A program made the translations under genes and the position numbers. Below are positions 9,061-18,462 of a DNA stretch of 60,780 nucleotides, piece by piece. This DNA is from a virus (Duplodnaviria > Caudoviricetes), in IMG/VR virus record IMGVR_UViG_3300010373_000010, positions 1 through 60,780 of that record. The stretch is one strand, 5' to 3'. The notes beneath the pieces are model-generated. The model ran no database searches. It was given only the letters and a program-made list of their open reading frames with translations, and was not told where the DNA came from. Each line of letters begins with the position of its first letter. Position 1 is the stretch's first letter.

Positions 9061-11481
9061 ATGGCCAATCTGAATGCAATCCTCGGAGGCGTCGCCGCCG
9101 CAGCTCCCGGCGCTGCTCAAGGTATTCAGGCCCTACAAGCGAAGTACGGCACTGCTGGACAGGCTGCTGCGGATGGCGTCAAAGCCGATCAGGCTGTGAA
9201 CCAGCAGTTGGGTGTAACTGCGATGTCGCCCGCGCAGCTCGACGCTGGGCAGACTGGCGCGATTCAGGGCGCTGGCGCTGGTACGGATGCGAACGCCGCT
9301 GCGACTATGCAGCAGCATCCAATGGCGCAGGCAAACCATCCGTTCTGGAACGTGCTGTCGAATCTCACCGGCGGTGGGGGCGCGGCGCCCGCGGCTCCGG
9401 CCGGCGGAGCAATCCCGGCCATGGAAAACGGCGGTGTCGTGCGCGAGAACTATGGCAAGCCGGTTCGCGCGCCCGGCTTCGAGGGTGACGGTCGCGGGGT
9501 CATCCCGTCGTTCACGCAGGCCCCCGGACTCCAGAGCGGCGGCGTGATGCGTGAGACCCCCACCCAGGTCGGCGCAGGACGCGATATGACGGGCATTGGC
9601 GCGGGGGTCATCCCAGCATCGACCGAAGGCCAGATCCTTACCATGGCCGGCGGCGGTGCCGTGCCGGACGGTTTCGTGCCGAACAGCGAGAGCGTCCAGG
9701 CGCCGATGACTGGCGGCCCGGCCGGGTTCGTCTCGGGATTCGCTGAGGGCCAGAACATTGGCCACAACATCGAATCTGCGATCCTTCAGCGCCGCGCCCG
9801 CGAGGCGAATGCCGAGGGCGCCGATGCCGCAATGATGGACCCTTCACAGATTTCTGGTCAGGATCAGTCGCAGCAAGCTCAGCAGCCGTCCATGCTCGAC
9901 AAGGCGCGCGATGCCGTAGAGGGCTTCTTCCAGCACCTTCATGAGCACACGCTTGGGGAGAACGGCAAGCCGAACGGCCCCGCTGCGCTCCCGACGACCA
10001 CCCAGACCCCTGACAATATGGCGCCTCCGGATACGGCTGCTGCGACGAAGGCGGCCACGGTGGCCGGTCAGCAGACCGCGCAGCAGGCCGCTGCTTCTGG
10101 CGCCCCGCCCGCGCAAGCTCAGCAGGTAGCTCAGCAGGCCGGACAGAAGGCGGCCGGCGTCACGGCAATGGCCGTTGGTCAGCAGCAGGCTCAGCAGGAC
10201 GCTGCATCCGGCGGCCCGCAGCCCATCCAACCGCACAGCCAGACGACCGACTACTGGGAAGAGTCGAACCAGCGCATAGCGAAGGCGGTGCATGCCGCTG
10301 CGATGGCCGGCGAAGATCCGTCGCAAGTTTTCCAGGCGCTCAACGCCATGCGGACGGCTCACTACCAGGGGCAGATCACTCGGTATCTGAGCGGTGCCTA
10401 TACGTCGCTGATGAACGGCGACGAGAAGGGTGTACAGACTGCCCTCAAGAACGTGAACTACTACTTGCCGAACGGGCAGGACATCGCATTCCGGAAGGCG
10501 ACCGCTGCCGACGTGAAGGCGGGGCTCGCCGCGGAGCCCGGCGCGCTGATGTTCCGCAACCCCATGGCGTCGCTGACCGGTCCCAACGGTGGCGGCCCGG
10601 AGTGGCAGGAAGTCACCGCGCAGCATCTTCAGCTTCTCGGACAGGCTGCGCTCAATCCGCAGACCGTACAGCAGACCATCCTCTCGACGTACAGCGCCGA
10701 GGCTGCTGCGCAGGCGAAGCTCGCCGCCGCGAGGGGCACGGAGCTTACCGGCGAGGGTCGGTACGAGTGGGGTCTCGGAATGCGTACCAAGGCGCAGGCC
10801 GACGCGCAGCTCGTGCCGGTGCGCAAATATCTGTCCTTCGCTCTTGGCAAGAAGGCCGAGGCGGAGGCGAACTGGTTCAACGACCGTGCTGCCACGACCC
10901 GCGGGATGATGGGTCCGAAGGTCACGTTCCCTGCGCTTCAGACCGCGCAGCAGAACGCAATCAAGGCCGTGGACAGCCAGATCCAAGGCGCGGAGATGCC
11001 GCAGCCTGCGATGGTTGCTGGCCCGAACGGCACTATGATGCCCAACCCCAACGCCGGGAAGTCTCTGCACGACCCTGGCACCGTGGGCTCTCTGTTCAAG
11101 GGTCTGTCCAATGACCAGCGAGTTGCCACCGAAAGGTTGGCTGCTACATTCGCTGGTGCCAATGTCGGAGTCATGAACTCGGTTGAGGCTGCCGAGCTGG
11201 CCGCGCGTGTTGTACGCATGCAGGGTGCGCGCGTGATGCCGACGCACATTGACCCGGCGACGCACAAGCCGGCGAACGACATCATCTTCGACCCGAAGCA
11301 GAACACCGTTCACGTCTGGGTAGGCAACGGCTGGCAGAATGCGTATATTCAGCCGAACGTCTCTGAGGCAGCGATCAGCAGTGACCAGATGCCCAGTACG
11401 TCGGACGGCGCGACCGCGTTCGCTCTTGGTGGGGGCGGCGGCAGCGAGCCGGGCGAAGCCTCACCAATGAACGGACAGTGA
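9061..11481 (+). CDS. Ejection/internal virion protein (middle, 806 aa)
   Basis: Ala/Gln/Gly-rich, low complexity; lies between the small and large ejection proteins. Confidence 0.65.
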   Translation: MANLNAILGGVAAAAPGAAQGIQALQAKYGTAGQAAADGVKADQAVNQQLGVTAMSPAQLDAGQTGAIQGAGAGTDANAAATMQQHPMAQANHPFWNVLSNLTGGGGAAPAAPAGGAIPAMENGGVVRENYGKPVRAPGFEGDGRGVIPSFTQAPGLQSGGVMRETPTQVGAGRDMTGIGAGVIPASTEGQILTMAGGGAVPDGFVPNSESVQAPMTGGPAGFVSGFAEGQNIGHNIESAILQRRAREANAEGADAAMMDPSQISGQDQSQQAQQPSMLDKARDAVEGFFQHLHEHTLGENGKPNGPAALPTTTQTPDNMAPPDTAAATKAATVAGQQTAQQAAASGAPPAQAQQVAQQAGQKAAGVTAMAVGQQQAQQDAASGGPQPIQPHSQTTDYWEESNQRIAKAVHAAAMAGEDPSQVFQALNAMRTAHYQGQITRYLSGAYTSLMNGDEKGVQTALKNVNYYLPNGQDIAFRKATAADVKAGLAAEPGALMFRNPMASLTGPNGGGPEWQEVTAQHLQLLGQAALNPQTVQQTILSTYSAEAAAQAKLAAARGTELTGEGRYEWGLGMRTKAQADAQLVPVRKYLSFALGKKAEAEANWFNDRAATTRGMMGPKVTFPALQTAQQNAIKAVDSQIQGAEMPQPAMVAGPNGTMMPNPNAGKSLHDPGTVGSLFKGLSNDQRVATERLAATFAGANVGVMNSVEAAELAARVVRMQGARVMPTHIDPATHKPANDIIFDPKQNTVHVWVGNGWQNAYIQPNVSEAAISSDQMPSTSDGATAFALGGGGGSEPGEASPMNGQ

Positions 11482-11484
11482 TCC

Positions 11485-14400
11485 ATGCCTGACCTTTCGG
11501 TCCCGCTCCCCGCACCGCTTCCGGGTCCCGGAGCCGCGCCTGACGCGCCCCTTGGCGACATCTCCGCGGCGAAGGCCGACGCGTTGTCGTCGCTCAAGCA
11601 ATCGATGCCCGGCTACACGCCGCTGGCGGATGGCGCGCGTCAGACGCAGGTTACCGGCGGGGGAGGCGGCAGCATGGAGGTCATGCCCAACTCCGCGCCT
11701 GACCCGACTGCCGACCAGATCAAGGGTGCCGGCGCGCAGATCCCGGGCATCCCTGCGGCTCCGCCACCGCCGAAGCAGGCGGTCACGGATGCTGCTCCAG
11801 AAGACAACACTCACTATGGGATGTCGTCGTTCCTGCATTTCATACGAGACGCGACGGTTGGTCCGACGGCGGAAGCACGTCAGCAGTCTGAGCGGGAGAT
11901 CAAGGACGCCGTCCCGCGCGGCGCGCTCCAACTTTGGAAGTTGTTCAACTCGGCCGCAGCCGGCGGTATCTTCCTTGGTGAGAAGGCGTTTGGCTCGAAG
12001 CAACACTACGAAGACGCGCAGTTCAATTACATCAAGAACCACATCCAGCCAGCGATAGACAATTGGACCCCGAAGCGTGGTATGACCGGCGACCAGAACG
12101 CAGCGGCCCCTGTTGCGTCTGCTGTTGGTGGTGCGCTCGAATTTGCACCTAGCATGGTCATGGGCGGCGGCGCTGGTACTGCTCTCTCTACCCTGCAAGC
12201 TATTGCTGGCGGAAATACGTCTGCGCAGGATGACATCGACGCCGACAAGAATGTCACGCAATCGATTGCTGATGGAACGATAGATACTGTCGCCACAATG
12301 CTCATGGCGAAAGGATTCTCCCCGTCCAAGTTCATGCTGCGTCGCGTTATCCGCGGTGCCAAAGTTGGCGCCCTGGTGCAGCTCGGGTCCAACATAGCAA
12401 AGGTGATTGTTGGCCACACTTTTGGAGGTAACAAGAATGCCCCCACAGCACAAGATTTTCTCAAGGACATCCCAGAGTCGGCAATCCTCGGCGGTCTCTT
12501 CGGCGTCAAGCGGCACGCGGCCGAGCATTCGGAAGGAAAAGCCAAACCAGGGAGTGAACGTGTTGAGAGCACTGAGGGAGCGGGCGCCCCTCCGCCGAGT
12601 CCTGCCGCCGTCGCAGCAGCCTCTGCCGACACCGCCAGCTCGGTCAACCCACCCGGCGAGGTCAAACTCCCGGGCGAGCCAGCCGGCGTCATCCCCGGCC
12701 CCAAGTCCGCCGTCCCTGACCAGCCCAGCCCCGAGCCGCTGAAGGACATCAAGGCGCAGTTCAAGGACATGAACGATAAGTCAACTCCTCGGACCGGGGT
12801 GTTGGTTACGCCTGAGACCGGCAAACACCTGGAGAGCCTGGGCGACAAGACGCTTGCGCAGGCGAAGGCGCAGGGGCGTACTGTCGATTTCCCACAAGGG
12901 ACGTTGGTGTTGAAAACCAAGGGTGATGTCATCAAGGTCAAACAGAGGATGAAAGCCGGTGAAGACCCGCAGGCCATCATTGGTTCCGTTACCGGCGCTG
13001 GGTCTGGAAAGTCCCCAGACGCGACCGCCGTGGTGCAGGGCCGGGACGCCACGGGCGCCGTGGCATCTGAGACCACTGTCCACCCAAATGACGTTCCTCT
13101 GGCCGTTGCCAAGATGCAGGACCAGGGCAAGACCCCCGTTGTCACGACGCCAGAAGAGGCCGTGGCTCGTCGGGTAGCAGAGCGTTCCCAAGAAGCAGCG
13201 CAGCCGGCGCCCGCGGAGCCCGTAGCGAAAACCGAGGCTATGCCCGAGCACGAGAGCGACGAGACGCCGGCCGCGCCTGCCCCGCGCATGGGTCTGTTCA
13301 AGCCGGAGAAGGGCGATGAAGTTGCCGTCCATATTGAGGATGGGGCACCCCCCGGAAAGGTCCGCGTTCGCCCCATCGATGCGAGCACTGGCGAAGCGTC
13401 GGATCGCACTATTGACGTCCCGGCGGAGCGAGTGCGACAATCCCAACCCCCGGCCCCTGAGCAAGCTACCGCGACTCTGAATCGCGAGGAAGCCGCCAAG
13501 CCGGTGAGTGAGGTTCCGCCTGAGAAGCTGGCGACTGCTCCTGGAGAGCAGCCAAAAGTGACTGACACTTCCGGGCGGGATTCTCGTGCCCACGAGCACA
13601 GCGTCCGCCGCCGCAAGGTTGTTGCCCGCGCGCACGTCCAGGACAAAGCTGTTGCTGCCGCTCACCACGTAGCGGTTCACTCCGTCGAGGCCGGGCTGGT
13701 CCAAGAACAGAACCAGGACGACGCCTACACCAAGGCGCTCCGTGACGCACTCGCGTTCCACATGGAACAGGAGCAGGTGCAGCCGGGCTATGCGCACGCT
13801 GGCAAGCTGAGTGAGCGACAGGACAATGCTGTTGCATTCGCCAAGGTTCTGCGCACAGCCGCGAAAGCCAAGCAGGGCAAGATGGATGATCGCATCGTCA
13901 ACCGCGCCAACAAGGCTGCGGCTGCGACCATTAAGCAACTCGGCAGGAAGTCGGCTGAGCAGACGCAGGCAGGTCAGGGAACGAGCCACACGCGCGTCGA
14001 TGCGCTCAACGACGAGATGCACCGATCGGCGCGGGAGCTGCTGGGGACAGCCACCGAAGCGGACAAAGAGCCGGCCATGGAGCCCAAGGCGGCTGAACTC
14101 AATCGCCGGATAACTCGGGAGAAAACCGGCGTCGCGGGATCGGCCAGGAAACCGGCCAAAGAGGTCCGCGTCGCCAAGAAGACCGGCATGCCCCCGGCTG
14201 AAAAGCTCCGCACGCAGAAGCTCGTCAACGACTACATCGCGTCGGACTTCGATGAGCACCCGAAGGCGCACCAAGCGCTGCTCCAACATCTTCACGAGCT
14301 GGCCGACAAGTACGATGACTTCCCGCGGGATCAGATCGACCAGTACATGCGGTTCCTTTCTGAGCAGCGCGACGAGCAGCAGGGCGAGCACACCGGCCGC

Positions 14401-17400
14401 ATGTCCGACACGATCGAGCCCGAGAGCCACGAGTTCGAGCAGCCCGAGGAGGGTTTCTCGCGCACGTCTCGACCGCTGATCGACGAGGCACCGGGCGGTA
14501 AAGTCCGCACGAAGATCGCTCGCAATAGGCTCAAGGAGGAGTGGAAGGCGCTGGGCGACGCGCTGCTCAACAACCACTTCTTCGCTCACATGGATAAGTT
14601 CCGCGACACGGGTGAGCCGCTGGGCACGCACTTCCTACTCCAGCATTTCATTGAGCATGCGACGCAGTCTCCGACGGTGAAGGCCATCCTGTCAGCCGTC
14701 CGCGCCCGCGTCCCCGACGCGCCTGTGTACAACCGCAGCGCCCTGGTGAACCCGAAGATCGGGGATACCACCAGGGTGCCATCTGGGGCTGTTGGCATCG
14801 CGAGCTTCGCGCACAACGTACCAAGCGTGCAGATCAACTTCGACTCCAACCGCTGGAAGCCGGCGTTCCTGGCGCGGGCGTTGGTACACGAGGCCATCCA
14901 CACTGGCACCGTCAATGAGCTGGCAGCCAACCCCAACGGTGAGCTGGCGACTCGGATGAAAGCCCTCCACAACATCCTGCTCCGTAGGCTGGAGAAGCAG
15001 TATGGAGCCGAAGCCATCCGTCAGCATATCTCTTACTGGGACGGCGGCGGACCCAAGCCTGCGACCTACAACCGGGCGTTGTACGGCGCGCACAATCCGC
15101 TGGAGATGATGTCGGAGGTTCTGTCGAACCCGGACTTCGTCGATGAGATCAATGCAACAGAAAAGTTCGCGAGCCCAGACGAGAACTTCGATGGCACAAA
15201 GCAGACGCTGTTGACCCGGATCTTCAAAGCTATCGGGCATTTCTTCGGCCATAAGGAAGCACCGCTGCTACAGCACATTCTTGACACGACCTACGATGTC
15301 ATGGATGCGCAGAACGCCCATCGTCCGGATCTTGCTGCCATGCGGCACACTGACATTCACGAGAAGCTGCCGAGCAACACTCGGGCCGCTCTCGGGCTCA
15401 CGCCGATGGAGAACATCGCGCTCGACCATGTAGCGCGGATGCTCGATGAGGACCCCGAGCCGCTTCGCGGAAACGACCGCGAGATGGCGGAGCTGAGCGC
15501 CGGCAGCGGCATGCACACAACGGCCAAGGAGTTTGCCCACACCGTCAAGTCAGGTGTCATCGACGGCCTGCGCAAGTCCATCACCGCGCTCAAGACCGTC
15601 AACCAGATTTACCGGGACCACATTCGGGACTTCGGTCACGACACGTCGTCCAACCCGCTGCGCCGTCTCCAGGATGCTGATTCCAAGAAGGAGACCATCA
15701 TCCATCACTTGCGGGAGATCAGCGATCCTGTCGCTCGCAAATGGGCGCGGCTGTCTCGCGAAGACGATCTCGCTGTGTCGAAGCTCATGATCGACACGAC
15801 CATGTACAAGCTCGATCCGCGGCTGAAGATCGATGAGCAGTCGCTCGTTGCTCGATCGGCCAAGGGCGCCGAGGCGCGGCTTGCCGAGTTCAAGACTCGC
15901 TACGACAAGCTGTCGCCGGAGGCGCGGGAGGTCTACGATGGGGCGACCGACGCGAACCGCAAGCTCGTCCGGGCTCAGCGCCGAGCAGGAGTTGACACTG
16001 CTATCGATGCACTGGAGGCTGATCTTTCACCCGCCCAGCGCGGACTCCTCTACGGTGCCAAGAACCCCGCGGCTTACGATGCCATCATCGGGAAGGGGAA
16101 GCTCATCGATCTCGGCGATGAAGGCAAGAACGAAAAGCTCAAGTCGTCCCTCCGAGACTTCGCCGGCTTCACAGAGCTGGACGGCCCGTACCATCATCTC
16201 GGGCGCCAGGGTGATTTCGTTGTCGCTGCTACACCCGAGGGCACGCGAGAGTTCGATGATCGACCCGCCGCAGAGGAATTTGCCCAGCGAGTTTCCGGCC
16301 TATCGCCGCGTTCTCGCGCGAAGGTGGTCGAACGCGGTGGCAAGTTCGCTGTTGATTACCGCGCCGAGTATGTTTCCATGCATCGGACCCAGCGGGAAGC
16401 TGAGCGCGTCCGTGACCAGATGGAGGCGGCTGGGCTTGAGGTAGGCCACGTCACCCGCAAGACCATGGGTACAGCGTATGGTGCGCTGACCCACGGCATG
16501 CAGGAGTTGGTCACCGAGGCCACGCGCAAGATGACCAAGGGCGTGAAGTCGGACGAGGAGCAGGAAGACGTCAAGGCGCAGGTGAACTCTCTACGATCGG
16601 CGTTCCTACAGATCCAAGCAGCCCGCTCAGCGTTCGCCGGCTCTCGCCTCGCTCGTCGCAACATCGGTGGCGTCAAGCCGCTCGACATGCGGCAGAACTT
16701 CGCTGAGCACGCGCTCTCCGCGGCGTGGCATACGGCCCAGATGTCCACCGTGTTCGATCACGCAGATGCAATGGCGAAGCTGCGCTCGATGGCGCGCGAC
16801 CGGCTCGACGAGAACGCCAGTCAGGCGACCATGTACCGGCGCGGCGAAGCCGTGAAGGCGCTCGCCGACCACACGGTCGATGACGTCAACACCATGGGAC
16901 AGAAGGCTCCCATGAACGCCATGCTCGCGAAGCTCGGGTTCATGGGGTACCTCGCGTCCACGTCTCATGCCGCGATCTGGCTGACACAGAATTTCACGAC
17001 TGCGATCCCGACCGCCGGCCCACGCTGGGGATATGGGAAGTCGCTGGCGGCGTTCGGTCGAGCGATGGCTGCCGTGGCGAGTCCGGTGGTCCGCGCACAC
17101 ATGCAGGAAGTGCTGAGCAAAGGGGGTGACAGTGAATCCGTCCACCAAGCCCTGCTGGCGGCTATCGCCAAGCACCCCACCCTCGGCCACTGGGCTCAGG
17201 GCGATAACTCTCCACTTCGCCAGTTGTTCGATCGCGGCGTCATTTCACACGGCTACGCGGACGAACTCACGAATATGGCGAAGGGGCCGTCGGTGTTGGG
17301 CCGAGCAATTCACGGGTACGACCGAACTATCGATCGCATCTTTAGCTGGGCCAGGGTCCTACCTGCGATGGCGTCGAGTTTTAACCGGCTTAGCACAGCA

Positions 17401-18462
17401 CTGGCGGCCCTGGAGCTGACCGGAGGAGACATCCGCAAGACGTCGGACTTCGTGGATGAAACCCACGCTGACTATTCGCAGGCCAACAAGCCGCTGCTGT
17501 TCAAGAAGTTCGGCCACATCCCCGGTGGCAACTCGATCACGATGTTCAAGACCTACACGCAGGCGATGATCCACCTGCTATACGGCAACTTGAAGGCCAG
17601 CTTCGTGGGAGACAACAAGGCCGAAGCCGCCAAGACATTCGCGGGACTCGTCATCGGCAACGCGCTCTTTGCCGGCGCCGCGTCTGCAATTGGCCTGGAG
17701 CCGCTGCGCCTCGCGCTGTATGCCTACCACAAGATTGCGGACAAAGATGGCGACGTGTGGGACTTCCGAAATGCAGTCAACCGGTTCCTGGTAGAGCACT
17801 TCGGCAAGACGGTAGGCAACGCGCTCGCAACCGGCCCGATCCCTCGTGCGCTCAACATCGACGTCAGCAAGCGCATGGGGCTGTCGGATCTGTTCTTCCA
17901 CGATCCGCCGGATCTGCTCAGTGGCGGCCAGGATGCCTGGAAGAACTTCTTCTGGGATGAACTTGGTCCGATGCCACAGCTCCTCGCCAAGAACGTGTCA
18001 TCGTTCTCGGGCAAGTTCCAGCGCGGCGATCTCGGCGGCGCGTTCGGTTCGATCGTGCCGGTGAAGCAGTGGCAGGACGCGCGACAGGCGCTGGATCTAC
18101 TCCAGGCCGGTGATACCAATTCGTCCGGCGCATCGCTCACCCAGCCGTCGGGCGCCGACGCGGTCACGCGGTTCCTCGGGTTCACGCCGACGGATGTTGG
18201 CGATGAGCGTGAGAAGACGCGGGTGAAGATCGAGTACGCGGACGCCGCGAAAGCAGCCCGCACCGACATCCTCAAGCAGATCACGTCAGCCCGCACAGCC
18301 GGCGAACAGGCTGCGGCCTACGGTCGCATGGATCGTTGGAACCGGAACAACCCGACGATGGCGATTGGCGCTCGTGACATTGAACGTCAATACAAGTACC
18401 GGGCTTACGATCAGGCGGGCGTCGAGCGCAACGCCAAGGCCCAGGCAGCCACGAGCTACTAG
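11485..18462 (+). CDS. Large ejection/polyvalent virion protein (2325 aa) with a zincin HExxH domain and a PLxRFG-like C-terminal region
   Basis: LVHEAIHTGT..YGAHNPLEMMSE metallopeptidase-like motif; GPYHHLGRQGDFVV resembles the PLxRFG motif; last late gene, convergent with the primase. Confidence 0.75.
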   Translation: MPDLSVPLPAPLPGPGAAPDAPLGDISAAKADALSSLKQSMPGYTPLADGARQTQVTGGGGGSMEVMPNSAPDPTADQIKGAGAQIPGIPAAPPPPKQAVTDAAPEDNTHYGMSSFLHFIRDATVGPTAEARQQSEREIKDAVPRGALQLWKLFNSAAAGGIFLGEKAFGSKQHYEDAQFNYIKNHIQPAIDNWTPKRGMTGDQNAAAPVASAVGGALEFAPSMVMGGGAGTALSTLQAIAGGNTSAQDDIDADKNVTQSIADGTIDTVATMLMAKGFSPSKFMLRRVIRGAKVGALVQLGSNIAKVIVGHTFGGNKNAPTAQDFLKDIPESAILGGLFGVKRHAAEHSEGKAKPGSERVESTEGAGAPPPSPAAVAAASADTASSVNPPGEVKLPGEPAGVIPGPKSAVPDQPSPEPLKDIKAQFKDMNDKSTPRTGVLVTPETGKHLESLGDKTLAQAKAQGRTVDFPQGTLVLKTKGDVIKVKQRMKAGEDPQAIIGSVTGAGSGKSPDATAVVQGRDATGAVASETTVHPNDVPLAVAKMQDQGKTPVVTTPEEAVARRVAERSQEAAQPAPAEPVAKTEAMPEHESDETPAAPAPRMGLFKPEKGDEVAVHIEDGAPPGKVRVRPIDASTGEASDRTIDVPAERVRQSQPPAPEQATATLNREEAAKPVSEVPPEKLATAPGEQPKVTDTSGRDSRAHEHSVRRRKVVARAHVQDKAVAAAHHVAVHSVEAGLVQEQNQDDAYTKALRDALAFHMEQEQVQPGYAHAGKLSERQDNAVAFAKVLRTAAKAKQGKMDDRIVNRANKAAAATIKQLGRKSAEQTQAGQGTSHTRVDALNDEMHRSARELLGTATEADKEPAMEPKAAELNRRITREKTGVAGSARKPAKEVRVAKKTGMPPAEKLRTQKLVNDYIASDFDEHPKAHQALLQHLHELADKYDDFPRDQIDQYMRFLSEQRDEQQGEHTGRMSDTIEPESHEFEQPEEGFSRTSRPLIDEAPGGKVRTKIARNRLKEEWKALGDALLNNHFFAHMDKFRDTGEPLGTHFLLQHFIEHATQSPTVKAILSAVRARVPDAPVYNRSALVNPKIGDTTRVPSGAVGIASFAHNVPSVQINFDSNRWKPAFLARALVHEAIHTGTVNELAANPNGELATRMKALHNILLRRLEKQYGAEAIRQHISYWDGGGPKPATYNRALYGAHNPLEMMSEVLSNPDFVDEINATEKFASPDENFDGTKQTLLTRIFKAIGHFFGHKEAPLLQHILDTTYDVMDAQNAHRPDLAAMRHTDIHEKLPSNTRAALGLTPMENIALDHVARMLDEDPEPLRGNDREMAELSAGSGMHTTAKEFAHTVKSGVIDGLRKSITALKTVNQIYRDHIRDFGHDTSSNPLRRLQDADSKKETIIHHLREISDPVARKWARLSREDDLAVSKLMIDTTMYKLDPRLKIDEQSLVARSAKGAEARLAEFKTRYDKLSPEAREVYDGATDANRKLVRAQRRAGVDTAIDALEADLSPAQRGLLYGAKNPAAYDAIIGKGKLIDLGDEGKNEKLKSSLRDFAGFTELDGPYHHLGRQGDFVVAATPEGTREFDDRPAAEEFAQRVSGLSPRSRAKVVERGGKFAVDYRAEYVSMHRTQREAERVRDQMEAAGLEVGHVTRKTMGTAYGALTHGMQELVTEATRKMTKGVKSDEEQEDVKAQVNSLRSAFLQIQAARSAFAGSRLARRNIGGVKPLDMRQNFAEHALSAAWHTAQMSTVFDHADAMAKLRSMARDRLDENASQATMYRRGEAVKALADHTVDDVNTMGQKAPMNAMLAKLGFMGYLASTSHAAIWLTQNFTTAIPTAGPRWGYGKSLAAFGRAMAAVASPVVRAHMQEVLSKGGDSESVHQALLAAIAKHPTLGHWAQGDNSPLRQLFDRGVISHGYADELTNMAKGPSVLGRAIHGYDRTIDRIFSWARVLPAMASSFNRLSTALAALELTGGDIRKTSDFVDETHADYSQANKPLLFKKFGHIPGGNSITMFKTYTQAMIHLLYGNLKASFVGDNKAEAAKTFAGLVIGNALFAGAASAIGLEPLRLALYAYHKIADKDGDVWDFRNAVNRFLVEHFGKTVGNALATGPIPRALNIDVSKRMGLSDLFFHDPPDLLSGGQDAWKNFFWDELGPMPQLLAKNVSSFSGKFQRGDLGGAFGSIVPVKQWQDARQALDLLQAGDTNSSGASLTQPSGADAVTRFLGFTPTDVGDEREKTRVKIEYADAAKAARTDILKQITSARTAGEQAAAYGRMDRWNRNNPTMAIGARDIERQYKYRAYDQAGVERNAKAQAATSY

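Noticed and set aside
3483-17901. Long antisense ORFs (e.g. 3483..5093, 9844..11313, 12027..13646, 12781..14631)
   Set aside because: Shadow ORFs of GC-biased genes on the opposite strand, with no recognisable motifs
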